Under the pieces are notes generated by a model, which saw only the letters and a program-made list of their open reading frames with translations, was not told the DNA's origin and ran no database searches. From Candidatus Nomurabacteria bacterium (lineage in GTDB: Bacteria > Patescibacteriota > Minisyncoccia > Phycocordibacterales > SBAW01), in assembly GCA_943348815.1 (NCBI GenBank), contig CALQYT010000004.1:11617-58073 (forward strand): 46,457 nucleotides of DNA, written 5' to 3'. This document shows positions 27,472 to 37,445 of this stretch, piece by piece (the stretch's first letter is position 1; the number at the start of each line of letters is the position of its first letter). Both the position numbers and the translations under genes were made by a program.

Positions 27472-28609
27472 AACTAGTTTTTTGTTTTTGCTCCCGCTGC
27501 AACTACTAGCCGCCACGCTGGTCAATATCAACACGGCCGATTTGGCAACACTTGAGACCTTAAACGGTATTGGCCCGTCCAAAGGTCAGGCAATTATCGA
27601 CTACCGCACGCAACACGGACCGTTTGCAAAAATTGAGGACATTATGAATGTGAGCGGCATAGGGACCGCGACGTACAACAATATTAAAAATTCTATTACG
27701 GTGGGGGAGACGATCACGCAAACAACCGGCACGACCTCAACCACGCAAACATCTACCTCTACTCAGACTACGCAAACCCAAACTTCTGCAACGAGTACCA
27801 GTTCTGACACGCAAGCCGCGGCAGGAGTAGCACCGGTAATAACCGTACGTGCAACCGTGCCTACCCGCGTGATGGTAGGGGGTGGCGCCTATTTTGAAGC
27901 AACGGCATTGGGGTCGGAGGGTTTGCCACTCCCGTATCCGCGCTGTATTTGGAATTTTGGTGATGGCACTACTGCCGAAGGATGCCGCGTTTTGCACGCG
28001 TACAGTTATCCAGGGTCTTACTCGGTCGTTATCAACGCCGCGTACAATTATTCTTCAGCGATTAGCCGCATAACCGTAGAGGCGGTGGCGGCGCAAGTGT
28101 CGTTGCGGGTCGAAGCGGATGGATCACTTACCCTTGTTAACAACTCCAATCAGCAACTCGATATTGGGTACTGGTCATTTTTGCAAGGCGACCATCCATT
28201 TATTATTCCTGAAGCGACGGACGTACTTGCCGGTGGGGGAGTGCGTTTCGCGCCGGCGGTTTTAGGATTTGTGGCGACCACCGATGCACGATTGCTCTAT
28301 CCAAACCAAGCGGTTGCCGCGAGCGCGGTGCCGGGTGATTCGTCGCCTTTGCGTGGCGAACGGGTCGTGGTTGCTTCGGCTAAGACTTCTGCTCCAAAAA
28401 CGATTGTCCAAGCTTCTCAGCCTACACGAGAAACAACGGGTCAAGTTCTCGGTACTTCAACCAAATCGGATTCTTCCCCGATGTTATGGTGGTCGCTCGG
28501 GGGGCTCGTGTTTGTCCTTGCCACCGGGGGTGCGGCAGCCTATTATGCGCGGCGACCCAAGGTGGTAGCTGAAACTTATCCTACCGCCGAGGAGTTTGAT
28601 ATCGAATGA
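27455..28609 (+). CDS. comEA: ComEA-like helix-hairpin-helix DNA receptor fused to PKD and lamin-tail-like domains with C-terminal TM
   Basis: VNINTADLATLETLNGIGPSKGQAIIDYR..GPF..IEDIMNVSGIG; Thr-rich linker; WNFGDG...HAYSYPGSY; NNSNQQLDIGYW; TM tail. Confidence 0.8.
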   Translation: MKKLLKTSFLFLLPLQLLAATLVNINTADLATLETLNGIGPSKGQAIIDYRTQHGPFAKIEDIMNVSGIGTATYNNIKNSITVGETITQTTGTTSTTQTSTSTQTTQTQTSATSTSSDTQAAAGVAPVITVRATVPTRVMVGGGAYFEATALGSEGLPLPYPRCIWNFGDGTTAEGCRVLHAYSYPGSYSVVINAAYNYSSAISRITVEAVAAQVSLRVEADGSLTLVNNSNQQLDIGYWSFLQGDHPFIIPEATDVLAGGGVRFAPAVLGFVATTDARLLYPNQAVAASAVPGDSSPLRGERVVVASAKTSAPKTIVQASQPTRETTGQVLGTSTKSDSSPMLWWSLGGLVFVLATGGAAAYYARRPKVVAETYPTAEEFDIE

Positions 28610-29451
28610 AAACTATTGTCGTTACGGGGGGTGCGGGTTTTGTTGGCTCGCATCTCTGCGAGCGGCTTGCCAAAGAGGGCAGCCGTGTTATCTCGCTCGA
28701 CAATTATTTTGTTGGCTCGCGCGACAATCATGTGGCGGGCGTGGAGTATCGCGAGGGGCACACCAAAGATATCGAAAAGCATATCCCCGAAACACCCGAC
28801 GTTCTTTTTCATTTAGGTGAGTACTCGCGCGTCGAGATCAGCCTTACCGAGCCGGCGTTGGTGTGGGATTTAAATAAAGACGGCACCTTTGGGGTGGTTG
28901 AATTTTGGCGTAAGAAAAAATTTAAACTCATATACGCGGGTTCATCGACCAAGTTTGGTGATGGTGGCCTCGGTCGCGTGCAAAGTCCCTATGCCTGGAC
29001 CAAAGCAAGTAACACTGAACTCGTACAAAATTATGGCCGCTGGTACAACCTGCCCTATGCCGTGACTTACTTTTATAATGTCTATGGCCCACGCGAGCGT
29101 GCGGGAACGTATGGGACGGTGGTTGAGATTTTTAGACAGAAAAAATTAAAAGGCGAGGTATTAGGGGTCAATTCACCCGGTACACAAAAGCGCAATTTTA
29201 CGCATGTGGATGATATTGTCGAAGGTTTAGTGTTGGTGGGCGAGCGTGGAGTGGGTGATGAGTTTGGCTTGGGTAGTCCGGAATCGTTTTCGGTGCTGGA
29301 GGTGGCAACTATGTTTGGTGGCCCGGTCGAAATGCGACCCGAGGTTGCCGGTAACCGCATGGATGCGACGCTCGACACCACCAAGTCTGAGGCGCTTGGC
29401 TGGCGGCCGACACACCACTTGGTAGACTATATAGCCGGCCGCGCGGTATGA
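28606..29451 (+). CDS. NAD-dependent sugar epimerase/dehydratase
   Basis: VTGGAGFVGSHL, SPYAWTK, YFYNVYGP, RNFTHVDDIV. Confidence 0.88.
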   Translation: MKTIVVTGGAGFVGSHLCERLAKEGSRVISLDNYFVGSRDNHVAGVEYREGHTKDIEKHIPETPDVLFHLGEYSRVEISLTEPALVWDLNKDGTFGVVEFWRKKKFKLIYAGSSTKFGDGGLGRVQSPYAWTKASNTELVQNYGRWYNLPYAVTYFYNVYGPRERAGTYGTVVEIFRQKKLKGEVLGVNSPGTQKRNFTHVDDIVEGLVLVGERGVGDEFGLGSPESFSVLEVATMFGGPVEMRPEVAGNRMDATLDTTKSEALGWRPTHHLVDYIAGRAV

Positions 29452-30539
29452 AAAAAATTCTAATTTTCTCACTTGCCTATTATCCGCGCGTCGGCGGAGC
29501 CGAGGTGGCTATCAAAGAGATCACCGATCGCATTGGTGATATCGAATTTCATATAGTCACCCTTCGATTTGACTCAGGGCAAGCGAAGGAAGAAAAGATG
29601 GGCAACGTGATACTGCATCGCGTAGGAAAGGGGGGCTCGTACTTGGATAAAATTTTATTTGTGCCGCGCGCCACATTTTTGGCGCGACGTTTGCACGCTC
29701 AAGAAAAATTTGACGGTGCGTGGGCGATGATGAGCTACATGCTCTTTCCTATTGTTTTGGCAAAATTAAAAATTCCGTATGCGCTCACCTTGCAGGAAGG
29801 GGACACCGAGCAGTACATGTTTGGCCGGCTCAGGATTCTTCCTTTTTTGTTTTTACTCAAACGCGGCTTTCGTGAAGCAAAAGTAGTACAAGCGATTTCC
29901 ACCTATCTGGGCGACTGGGCACATAAAATGGGTTTTCCGGGTCCACTAGAAATCATTCCGAACGGCGTTGATATACAAAAATTTTCTGGCGAAAAAGTTT
30001 CGCATGAACAGCCGACCGTTATTACTTCGTCTCGTTTGGTGCATAAAAATGCAATCGATGATTTGCTTCGTGCAATTGCATTAATTCCTGACACTAACCT
30101 CATAGTTGCCGGAAGTGGGCCCGATGAAAATAAACTAAAAAAACTTGCCCAAGAACTTGGCATAGTCGCGCGGATTAAATGGCTTGGTCATGTCGACCAT
30201 GCGCAACTCCCGGCACTTTTGCACGCATCAGATGTGTTTGTGAGGGCCTCGCGCTCCGAAGGTATGGGAAACTCCTTTGTTGAGGCGTTTGCGGCTGGGG
30301 TACCTGTGGTCGCGACGCAGGAAGGGGGGCTTAAAGACTTTATTACGCCCGAGGTAGCTTGGCCGGTGGAGAAGGATCGACCCGACCAAATAGCGGCCCA
30401 AATTAAGGCTATTTTGGGTAACCCGGGGCGTGCGGCGGTAGTTATAGAAAATGCCAGAAAACTGGCCTTTGAGAAATACGATTGGACCCTAATCGCGCGC
30501 GCGATGGAAGAGTGCGTGTTTTCTCGACTTTTTTCATGA
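29448..30539 (+). CDS. Glycosyltransferase family 4
   Basis: YYPRVGGAE, IIPNGVD, SRSEGMGNSFVEAFAAGVPVV. Confidence 0.9.
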   Translation: MKKILIFSLAYYPRVGGAEVAIKEITDRIGDIEFHIVTLRFDSGQAKEEKMGNVILHRVGKGGSYLDKILFVPRATFLARRLHAQEKFDGAWAMMSYMLFPIVLAKLKIPYALTLQEGDTEQYMFGRLRILPFLFLLKRGFREAKVVQAISTYLGDWAHKMGFPGPLEIIPNGVDIQKFSGEKVSHEQPTVITSSRLVHKNAIDDLLRAIALIPDTNLIVAGSGPDENKLKKLAQELGIVARIKWLGHVDHAQLPALLHASDVFVRASRSEGMGNSFVEAFAAGVPVVATQEGGLKDFITPEVAWPVEKDRPDQIAAQIKAILGNPGRAAVVIENARKLAFEKYDWTLIARAMEECVFSRLFS

Positions 30540-31528
30540 TCAACATACTTTTAGCAACCGGTCTTTACCCGCCGGAGAGCGGCGGGCCCGCGACCTATGC
30601 AAAGCTGTTGGAAGAGCGCATGCCAGCATTTGGGTTTGAGGTGACGGTATTGCCATTCCGTGCAGTGCGTCATCTGCCTAAAATTTTTAGACACGCGGCC
30701 TATTTTTTAAAATGTTTAGGAAAGGCGCGTGGAGTCAACATAATTCTTGCGCAAGACACGGTATCGGTTGGGTTTCCGGCAGCGCTTGCTGCAAAACTAA
30801 CCGGCAAAAAATTTGTACTGCGCGTGCCGGGCGACTATGTGTGGGAGCAGGCGCGGCAGCGGTATGGTGTGGTGGATGAATTAGACGAGTTTCAAACCAA
30901 GTCTTACGGACTACGGGTAGGCCTACTGCGCGCCATCCAAAAATTTGTTGCACGCAGTGCCAATGTGGTAATAGTACCAAGCGGCTATATGCAAAAAATA
31001 GTCGGCGGCTGGGGTGTTGTGCCCATGCTAGTTTATAACGGCATTGATATTCCGGTACCATACGAGTTGCCCAAAGAGCGGCCAGAGGGTTTTTTTATTG
31101 TTTCGTTTGGTCGCCAAGTGCCGTGGAAGGGTTTTGACGCGCTGCGGCGCGTAGTGGCACGAGAGCCGCGGTGGCAGCTTAAAATATTTGATAACCTTCC
31201 GCGCGTACAAGCGATGGGTTGGGTAAAAGTGGCGAGTGTGTATGTTAACAATTCGACCTACGAAGGTCTCTCGCATCAACTGCTCGAGGCGATGGCGCTT
31301 GGCACACCGATTGTGGCGACGAGCGTTGGCGGCAATCCTGAGTTGGTGCAAGATGGCGGTTTACTTATCCCCGCTAAAGACGATGAGGCGCTGTATCAAG
31401 CACTTAAAAAAATTGAGGATGATCAAGCGGGTACACAGGAGCGTGCACGGCGTGCAGAAGAGCGGGTGCAGGAGTTTGCGATACCCACAACACTGCAAAA
31501 ACTTGCGGAACTTCTAAAAACTATATGA
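30536..31528 (+). CDS. Glycosyltransferase family 4
   Basis: YPPESGGPATY, GRQVPWKG, STYEGLSHQLLEAMALGTPIV; ATGA overlap start. Confidence 0.88.
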   Translation: MINILLATGLYPPESGGPATYAKLLEERMPAFGFEVTVLPFRAVRHLPKIFRHAAYFLKCLGKARGVNIILAQDTVSVGFPAALAAKLTGKKFVLRVPGDYVWEQARQRYGVVDELDEFQTKSYGLRVGLLRAIQKFVARSANVVIVPSGYMQKIVGGWGVVPMLVYNGIDIPVPYELPKERPEGFFIVSFGRQVPWKGFDALRRVVAREPRWQLKIFDNLPRVQAMGWVKVASVYVNNSTYEGLSHQLLEAMALGTPIVATSVGGNPELVQDGGLLIPAKDDEALYQALKKIEDDQAGTQERARRAEERVQEFAIPTTLQKLAELLKTI

Positions 31529-32406
31529 AAGTCTTACTAATTACAGGCGACCGGCGCTTTGGGCCGGGTAATGAACGTTACGAGCTGCAGCGCAACGCGG
31601 TGGAGGAATTGGCAGTGGTGTTTTGGGGGCGGGGGAGTTTGTGGCCAAAAATTCCGCCAGGGCAGTTTGACGTGGTGAGCGCGCAGGACCCCTTTTGGCG
31701 TGGGTTGTTTGGGTGGCGGGTTGCTAAAAAGCTCGGAGCGAAATTTAACGTACAAGTACATACCGACCTGTCTGCACAAAGTTTGGTGCGGCATGTACTT
31801 GGTCAGATTGTTTTGCGTCATGCCGACTCGGTGCGGGTGGTGTCAGAAAAAATAAAACAGCAAGTTGCGCGTATTGGGGTGCGCGCAAAAATATCGGTGC
31901 TGCCGGTCTTTGTCGACCTAGAGAAGTTTCGCACTATTTCACGCGCATTACAGCTACCTAAAACAATACTGTGGATTGGCCGCTTTGAACCGGAAAAAGA
32001 TCCCCTGTATGCATTTGAAGTTTTACGACAGGTGCCGGGTGCGCGTTTAGTAATGCTCGGGGCGGGGAGTTTGGCAGGAGAGCTAAAACAAAAGGCAGAA
32101 GGGCTATCGGTAAGTTTCCCCGGCTGGCAGGACCTTAAGCCCTATTTGGCACAAGCTGATATGGTGCTCTGTACCTCTAGGCACGAGAGTTGGGGACAGA
32201 GTATAGTAGAAGCGCTCGCGGCCGGCGTGCCCGTGGTTGCGCCCGATGTGGGTATAGCGCGCGAGGCGGGTGCACTAATTGCGCCCAGAGCAGACTTGGC
32301 TGAGAAAGTAAAAGAAGTGCTGCAATCGGGAGCACGGGGCGAATTAAAACTTAACGTCTTGGCAGCTCCACAGTGGGTAGCGGCGTGGAAGCAATCACTT
32401 ACCTAA
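31525..32406 (+). CDS. Glycosyltransferase family 4 (compact)
   Basis: GRFEPEK, SRHESWGQSIVEALAAGVPVVAPDVG. Confidence 0.86.
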   Translation: MKVLLITGDRRFGPGNERYELQRNAVEELAVVFWGRGSLWPKIPPGQFDVVSAQDPFWRGLFGWRVAKKLGAKFNVQVHTDLSAQSLVRHVLGQIVLRHADSVRVVSEKIKQQVARIGVRAKISVLPVFVDLEKFRTISRALQLPKTILWIGRFEPEKDPLYAFEVLRQVPGARLVMLGAGSLAGELKQKAEGLSVSFPGWQDLKPYLAQADMVLCTSRHESWGQSIVEALAAGVPVVAPDVGIAREAGALIAPRADLAEKVKEVLQSGARGELKLNVLAAPQWVAAWKQSLT

Positions 32407-32408
32407 GT

Positions 32409-33299
32409 ATGAAAAAACCTCTCATTGGATTTATCGGCCAGGGATTTATCGGCAAAAGTTATGCTGATGATTTTGAGCGCCGCGGCTACACGGTAGTGCG
32501 TTATTCGTTGGAGGAGCGCTATCGCGCTAATAAAAATAAGATTAAAGAATGCGACATTGTTTTTATTGCCGTACCAACTCCGACAACGCCGCGAGGGTTT
32601 GATTACTCGATTGTGCGCGAGGGTTTGGGGTTGGTGGGCCCGGCGAAAACCGCGGTTATCAAATCAACCATTTTGCCCGGCACTACGCAAAAACTACAGA
32701 AGCAGTTTCCAAAACTCTACGTCATGCATAGTCCGGAGTTTTTGGTACTCAAGCAGGCGGCCGAGGATGCGGCGCGCCCGCTGCGCAATATTGTGGGTGT
32801 TTCTAAAAACACCAAAGCGTTTCGTGACCGGGCGCACATTATTTTGCGCACCCTCCCCAAAGCGCCGTTTGAGGTGGTGTGCGGCGTACGCGAGGCAGAG
32901 CTGGTCAAATATGCAGGAAACTTCTTTTTGTACCTGCGGGTACTCTTTGCCAACCTCATTTTTGACTTAGCTAAAGCCTCAGGGGCCGACTACGAAGTGG
33001 TGCGTGCTGCGGTGGCGGCCGACCCGCGCATCGGTGCCTCGCACTTACAGGTAGTGCACGATAGCGGGCACAAAGGGGCCAAACTGGGCCGTGGTGCGGG
33101 CGGAGTGTGCTTTATCAAAGACGTCGCGGCACTCGCCGAGTTATATGGCAAATCGGTTAAGGATCCGTGGGGCGACAAGTTTTTGGCAGCCGCGATAGAA
33201 AAAAATCTCCATTTGCTGGTGACCTCTAACAAAGATCTCGATTTGGTTGAGGGCGTGCACGGCAAAGCTGCCGTTGCCCGGCACCGCAAACGTCGTTAG
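32409..33299 (+). CDS. UDP-glucose/GDP-mannose dehydrogenase family protein lacking the C-terminal domain
   Basis: GQGFIG, FIAVPTP, IKSTILPGT, HSPEFL, AELVKY, DPRIG, GAGGVCFIKD; 296 aa. Confidence 0.85.
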   Translation: MKKPLIGFIGQGFIGKSYADDFERRGYTVVRYSLEERYRANKNKIKECDIVFIAVPTPTTPRGFDYSIVREGLGLVGPAKTAVIKSTILPGTTQKLQKQFPKLYVMHSPEFLVLKQAAEDAARPLRNIVGVSKNTKAFRDRAHIILRTLPKAPFEVVCGVREAELVKYAGNFFLYLRVLFANLIFDLAKASGADYEVVRAAVAADPRIGASHLQVVHDSGHKGAKLGRGAGGVCFIKDVAALAELYGKSVKDPWGDKFLAAAIEKNLHLLVTSNKDLDLVEGVHGKAAVARHRKRR

Positions 33300-33302
33300 T
33301 TT

Positions 33303-34190
33303 ATGAAGTTACTTATCACTACCCAGGCGGTAGATAAAAACGACTCTCATCTTGGTTTTTTTGTGCGATGGTTAGAAGAGTTTGCAAAACACTGTGAGGA
33401 GATAACGGTTATTTGTTTGCGCGAAGGAGAACATTTTTTACCGGCACACGTAAAGGTCTATCCACTCAAATCAAAAAATAAGATAGGCCGCGCCTTTGAG
33501 TTACTACGATATATCGTAGTATTCCGACACCGCTATACTCACGTGCTCGTGCATATGAATCCGGAATATTTGGTTGCGGCGGTATGGTTGTGGCATTTGC
33601 TTGGGAAAAAGATTGGGCTTTGGTATACACATAAAAGTGTTGATCTTAAATTGCGCATAGCAGAAAAATTAGTAGATATAATTTTTACCGCCTCGCGTGA
33701 GAGCTTCCGACTGCCGAGCAAAAAAGTACATATCATGGGACATGGGATTGATACTGATTTTTTTAATCCTGACCCGAGTATTGTGCGCGGCGAACACTGG
33801 CTTTCGGCCGGGCGCCTAAGCAAGAGTAAGCGCCACGACTTGGCTATCCGCGCGGCTGCCGAGGCGGGGAAGGAATTACGGATAGGAGGTGAGGGGCCGG
33901 AGCTCAAAAATTTACAGGAGCTAGCGCAAGAGCTTGGCGCGCGAGTCACCTTTTTGGGAGGGCTCAGTCACGCGCAGGTGCGTGACGAGTTTCGCCGTGC
34001 GGCGCTCTTTTTGCATATGAGCGAGACGGGGAGTTTGGATAAGATGATTTTGGAGGCTGTTGCTTGCGGCTGTCCGGTACGCACGCGCGACCCAGCGCTC
34101 AAGTTTTTAGAGACGGCGAGCCCCGAATATGTGCGCGAGCATCACTCTCTCCAAAAACTTATTCCTGCTATGCTCAAGGAGTTAGCATGA
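33303..34190 (+). CDS. Glycosyltransferase family 4
   Basis: GHGIDT, GRLSKSKR, SETGSLDKMILEAVACGCPV. Confidence 0.85.
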   Translation: MKLLITTQAVDKNDSHLGFFVRWLEEFAKHCEEITVICLREGEHFLPAHVKVYPLKSKNKIGRAFELLRYIVVFRHRYTHVLVHMNPEYLVAAVWLWHLLGKKIGLWYTHKSVDLKLRIAEKLVDIIFTASRESFRLPSKKVHIMGHGIDTDFFNPDPSIVRGEHWLSAGRLSKSKRHDLAIRAAAEAGKELRIGGEGPELKNLQELAQELGARVTFLGGLSHAQVRDEFRRAALFLHMSETGSLDKMILEAVACGCPVRTRDPALKFLETASPEYVREHHSLQKLIPAMLKELA

Positions 34191-34834
34191 CCCACCAGTT
34201 TGGACTCCTACATACGCTCAAACATCTCTACCGCGGCCAAACGCTTATGCGGATTTTGATGAACCAAGAGTTGAGCCGCGAGCGTGTACATGGCAAGGTG
34301 GCCGACATCGGCGGCGGGCACGAACCTGATTATTTTGACTATTTCGCCGGCGCCGATGATGCGGAGGTGCAAAAAATAGACGGCTCGTTTACGGGTATCG
34401 ATTTTGAGAAGGATCTTTTGCCCTTTGCCGACGCGAGCATCGACACCGCGCTTTTGTGCAATGTGCTGGAGCATATGTACAACTACCGCTTCTTGCTGGA
34501 ACAAACGCACCGGATCCTCGTGCCGGGTGGGCGACTGATTGGCATTGTGCCCTTTTGGGTTGGGTATCATCCCGACCCGCATGACTACTTTCGTTATACC
34601 CATGAGGCACTGCTAAAAATTTTGACTGACGCAGGATTTAATACTGTTTCAGTGCGCCCCTTTGGTCGCGGGCCCATACTTGCCAACTTCAACACGATTG
34701 TCTTGTCGCTCCCGTGCGCGCTGCGCCCGGTGGTGTATCTTTGGTACGCGTTTTTTGACAAACTCTTCCTGCGTTTGCGACCCCGCAGTGGCGTGCGCAA
34801 TCCACTCGGGTTTGTGTTTACGGCCAATCGCTAA
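34187..34834 (+). CDS. Class I SAM-dependent methyltransferase
   Basis: ADIGGG, LPFADASID, NVLEH, ILVPGG, HPDPHDYFRYT. Confidence 0.85.
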   Translation: MTHQFGLLHTLKHLYRGQTLMRILMNQELSRERVHGKVADIGGGHEPDYFDYFAGADDAEVQKIDGSFTGIDFEKDLLPFADASIDTALLCNVLEHMYNYRFLLEQTHRILVPGGRLIGIVPFWVGYHPDPHDYFRYTHEALLKILTDAGFNTVSVRPFGRGPILANFNTIVLSLPCALRPVVYLWYAFFDKLFLRLRPRSGVRNPLGFVFTANR

Positions 34835-34836
34835 CT

Positions 34837-35907
34837 ATGGAACACGTAACTTTTTTTGTTGATCCGGCCTGGCAGCGGCAAGGACTGCAGCATATTCCGC
34901 TCCTCTACACCATGTGGGGTAACCCACTCACGGCTAGTGTACCGTTTTGGCGCGAGCTGTTTGAGCGCCGGTGTTTTGACACTAAGTACTATTCGGTCAC
35001 TACTGAAGCGGCTAAAGCAGATATGGTGCTTATGCCTTACAGCCACAATGTGGCGTTGGCACAATGGCCCGAACTCTTGGATGCCTGTGCACAGGCAAGC
35101 AAACAGCTCAGCAAACCACTTTTTATTGACGGGCTGGGCGACATCGAACATCCCGTCAAAATTCCGAACACGGTGGTATTGCGTTACGGAGGCTATCGCT
35201 TTATGCCCGAAAAAAATGCGATCCATATTCCACCCTATGCCGACGATCTATTGGAGTTGTATTCCAAAGGTGAGCTTGCGGTGCGCAATAAAGGGCCGCG
35301 GCCGCTCATTGGCTTTGTGGGGTGGGCATCACTCCCGTTTGGACAAAAGCTCCGCACGATTGTTAAAGAACTCCCCCCACGATTAAAAGCACTTGGTGAC
35401 GATAGGTATGCCGCTGTGCGCAAAGGAGTTTTCTTTCGGGCTGCCGCAACGGCGGTGCTCAAAAAATCTCCCCGTGTTGCAACCAATTTTATTCTCCGGT
35501 CAACTTTTTCGGCCAATCTCGCCACCATGTCGGGGAAGCCCGAAGACTTGCGGCGCGAATTTGTTGAAAACTTGCTATCGTCTGACTACGGGCTGTGTGT
35601 GCGGGGCGACGCCAATGCCTCGGTACGGCTGTTTGAGACGCTCGCACTGGGGCGTATCCCCGTGATTGTCGACACCGAGTGTATCTTGCCCTTTGCCGAC
35701 GAAGTCGATTACCGGCAGTTTTCTCTCATTGTCGACTTTCGCGATATGGCACGCTTGCCTGACCTTGTGGCCGACTTCCATAACAGCCTCACCAACGAGC
35801 AGTTTATGAATATGCAGCGCAAGGCGCGCGCAGCCTACGTCAACTATTTCCGCGTTGATGCCCTGATGCCGCATATTTTGAAAGAATTGGATAAAATTTT
35901 ACATTGA
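34837..35907 (+). CDS. Exostosin-like (GT47) glycosyltransferase
   Basis: IGFVG; SDYGLCVRGDANASVRLFETLALGRIPVIVD...LPF..VDY signature. Confidence 0.8.
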   Translation: MEHVTFFVDPAWQRQGLQHIPLLYTMWGNPLTASVPFWRELFERRCFDTKYYSVTTEAAKADMVLMPYSHNVALAQWPELLDACAQASKQLSKPLFIDGLGDIEHPVKIPNTVVLRYGGYRFMPEKNAIHIPPYADDLLELYSKGELAVRNKGPRPLIGFVGWASLPFGQKLRTIVKELPPRLKALGDDRYAAVRKGVFFRAAATAVLKKSPRVATNFILRSTFSANLATMSGKPEDLRREFVENLLSSDYGLCVRGDANASVRLFETLALGRIPVIVDTECILPFADEVDYRQFSLIVDFRDMARLPDLVADFHNSLTNEQFMNMQRKARAAYVNYFRVDALMPHILKELDKILH

Positions 35908-35932
35908 CACAAATTGGTTCTGTAAATATAGT
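35904..35932 (+). promoter_or_regulatory. Near-consensus sigma70 promoter
   Basis: TTGACA (35904-09) - 17 nt - TATAGT (35927-32). Confidence 0.75.
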
Positions 35933-35980
35933 TCGACGTGAAAGGAAGATCTTCTTAGTGCAACGGGAAAGGTCCAAGTA

Positions 35981-36466
35981 ATGACAAACATGCGGTTGCG
36001 GAAGGCACCCATCATTGGCGAGCCGAGCCGGGTGGCGGATGTGTGGTTTGAGGTCTGCAAACCCGATGATCCCACGAGTCCGAAAGGTTCTCGGACGTGG
36101 AACCTTCTTTTCGACACCGACATGCAGGCTGGGCGCGCCCGCTGCATGATCGCGTATCGAATTCGGGGCGAAGGAGTTGGTAATCACTTTCATCCACGGG
36201 TTGAAAATAAAGATCCCGAAATCTTCGTAGTCTTGATCGGGAGCGTGGAGTTTTGGTTCAAGGACATTTACGGCGAGGAGAGGACGATTCCAATCGCCGT
36301 GAACTCGCAGAATATCAATCCAGTCATGATCAAGATCCCACCCTATCTGCTCCACAGGATAAACATCGTGAGTCCCTATGCGGTGTTCGAAGAGTTTCAA
36401 ACGGGGCCCTTCGATCCGTTCGTAAACTACAGCGCCGTGGAGTTTGAGTTGTTGCGGCAACAATAA
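35981..36466 (+). CDS. Cupin-fold protein (sugar 3,4-ketoisomerase/RmlC-like), stand-alone cassette
   Basis: GNHFHP....E.F.VL.G and IPPYLLH cupin motifs; GAAAGGT 7 nt before ATG. Confidence 0.75.
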   Translation: MTNMRLRKAPIIGEPSRVADVWFEVCKPDDPTSPKGSRTWNLLFDTDMQAGRARCMIAYRIRGEGVGNHFHPRVENKDPEIFVVLIGSVEFWFKDIYGEERTIPIAVNSQNINPVMIKIPPYLLHRINIVSPYAVFEEFQTGPFDPFVNYSAVEFELLRQQ

Positions 36467-36487
36467 TAGACCGGGTTTTCAGAAGTG

Positions 36488-36516
36488 GGGCGCGGTTGCA
36501 AGGCCGCGCTCTTTTT
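36488..36516 (+). terminator. Intrinsic terminator
   Basis: gggcgcggtt-gcaa-ggccgcgctc followed by TTTTT. Confidence 0.75.
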
Positions 36517-36540
36517 AATTCTGGATTATGATTTATATCA

Positions 36541-37443
36541 CTAACTCAGCGCTATTGACGCGCCTCCATGTGCAATAGAGCGTTCAGCTGCGTCTAGTAT
36601 TTGGACGACGGCGAGTCCTTGAGCAATACCACTTACCGGTTTTTCTTTTTTCTTAATGCCTTTGAGAAATGCTTCTAACTCCCGTGTCAGCGGCATCGCG
36701 GCTTTGTAGGGGGGAAAAGAGACTTTGTTTTTTTGGTAGGAAGTTACTTTTTGTTTTGGCAAGATATCGTCGTACACGAGGCTACTTTTTTCTCCGACGA
36801 TAGTTAAGCGGCTGCGTTTTTGAGGCAACAGCGAGCTGCTGAGTATGTAGCCGGTGGTACCTCCTTTGAAGTCAAGTTTTATCTGCGAGCTGCTCCACAG
36901 TTTTGTTTTTGGCCGCAGGCTCGCGCCGGCCCATGCCGAAACTTTTTGCGGCATCTTACCCATAATATCTACCATTAAGTACACCGCGTGCGACCAATCC
37001 CACATCGCAGAATAATCTTCCCGAAAAGGACCGATACTGCCGCCCTCGCCGAGCAAGAAGCGGATCTTGCCAAGCGTTCTCGAAAGTTTCTTTGTTTCTT
37101 GATAAGCCGGATTATACAGATGGATATGCCCTACAAAAACGAGAGAGCGGCTTTTTTTTGCAGCAGCCACCAACTTGCGCGCCTCTCGCACATTAAGGGT
37201 CATCGGCTTTTCTATAAATACCGGAATGCCGCGCCGTATGAAGGGTAGGGCGATCTGCGCATGGGTTGCCGGCGGAGTTGCAATAATCACTCCGTCGATG
37301 TCGTTTTTGGTGAGCAGAGTTCGCCAATCGCGGGTTACTTGATAGGCGACTTTGCAGCTCGGGATAGTGTGAAGAGTTTTAAGAATAACACTGCCCCAGC
37401 GGCCTGTCCCCACTACTGCAATCCGGGTGGGTCTTTGGCTCAT
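36541..37443 (-). CDS. Gfo/Idh/MocA family oxidoreductase
   Basis: VVGTGRWG, IATPPATH, VFIEKPM, VGHIHLYNP. Confidence 0.88.
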   Translation of the reverse strand: MSQRPTRIAVVGTGRWGSVILKTLHTIPSCKVAYQVTRDWRTLLTKNDIDGVIIATPPATHAQIALPFIRRGIPVFIEKPMTLNVREARKLVAAAKKSRSLVFVGHIHLYNPAYQETKKLSRTLGKIRFLLGEGGSIGPFREDYSAMWDWSHAVYLMVDIMGKMPQKVSAWAGASLRPKTKLWSSSQIKLDFKGGTTGYILSSSLLPQKRSRLTIVGEKSSLVYDDILPKQKVTSYQKNKVSFPPYKAAMPLTRELEAFLKGIKKKEKPVSGIAQGLAVVQILDAAERSIAHGGASIALS

Positions 37444-37445
37444 GG

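Noticed and set aside
26880-27830. Pro-rich and Thr/Gln-rich low-complexity tracts as possible tandem repeats or CRISPR
   Set aside because: They are in-frame coding linkers with no fixed-length repeat-spacer pattern; no CRISPR array or cas gene was seen in the window.
34176-34189. AAGGAG 5 nt before the methyltransferase ATG as a member of the SD-cassette class
   Set aside because: It lies in the upstream gene's codons (Lys-Glu) at an ATGA overlap, so it may be coincidental; noted as a possible counter-example to the two-class model.
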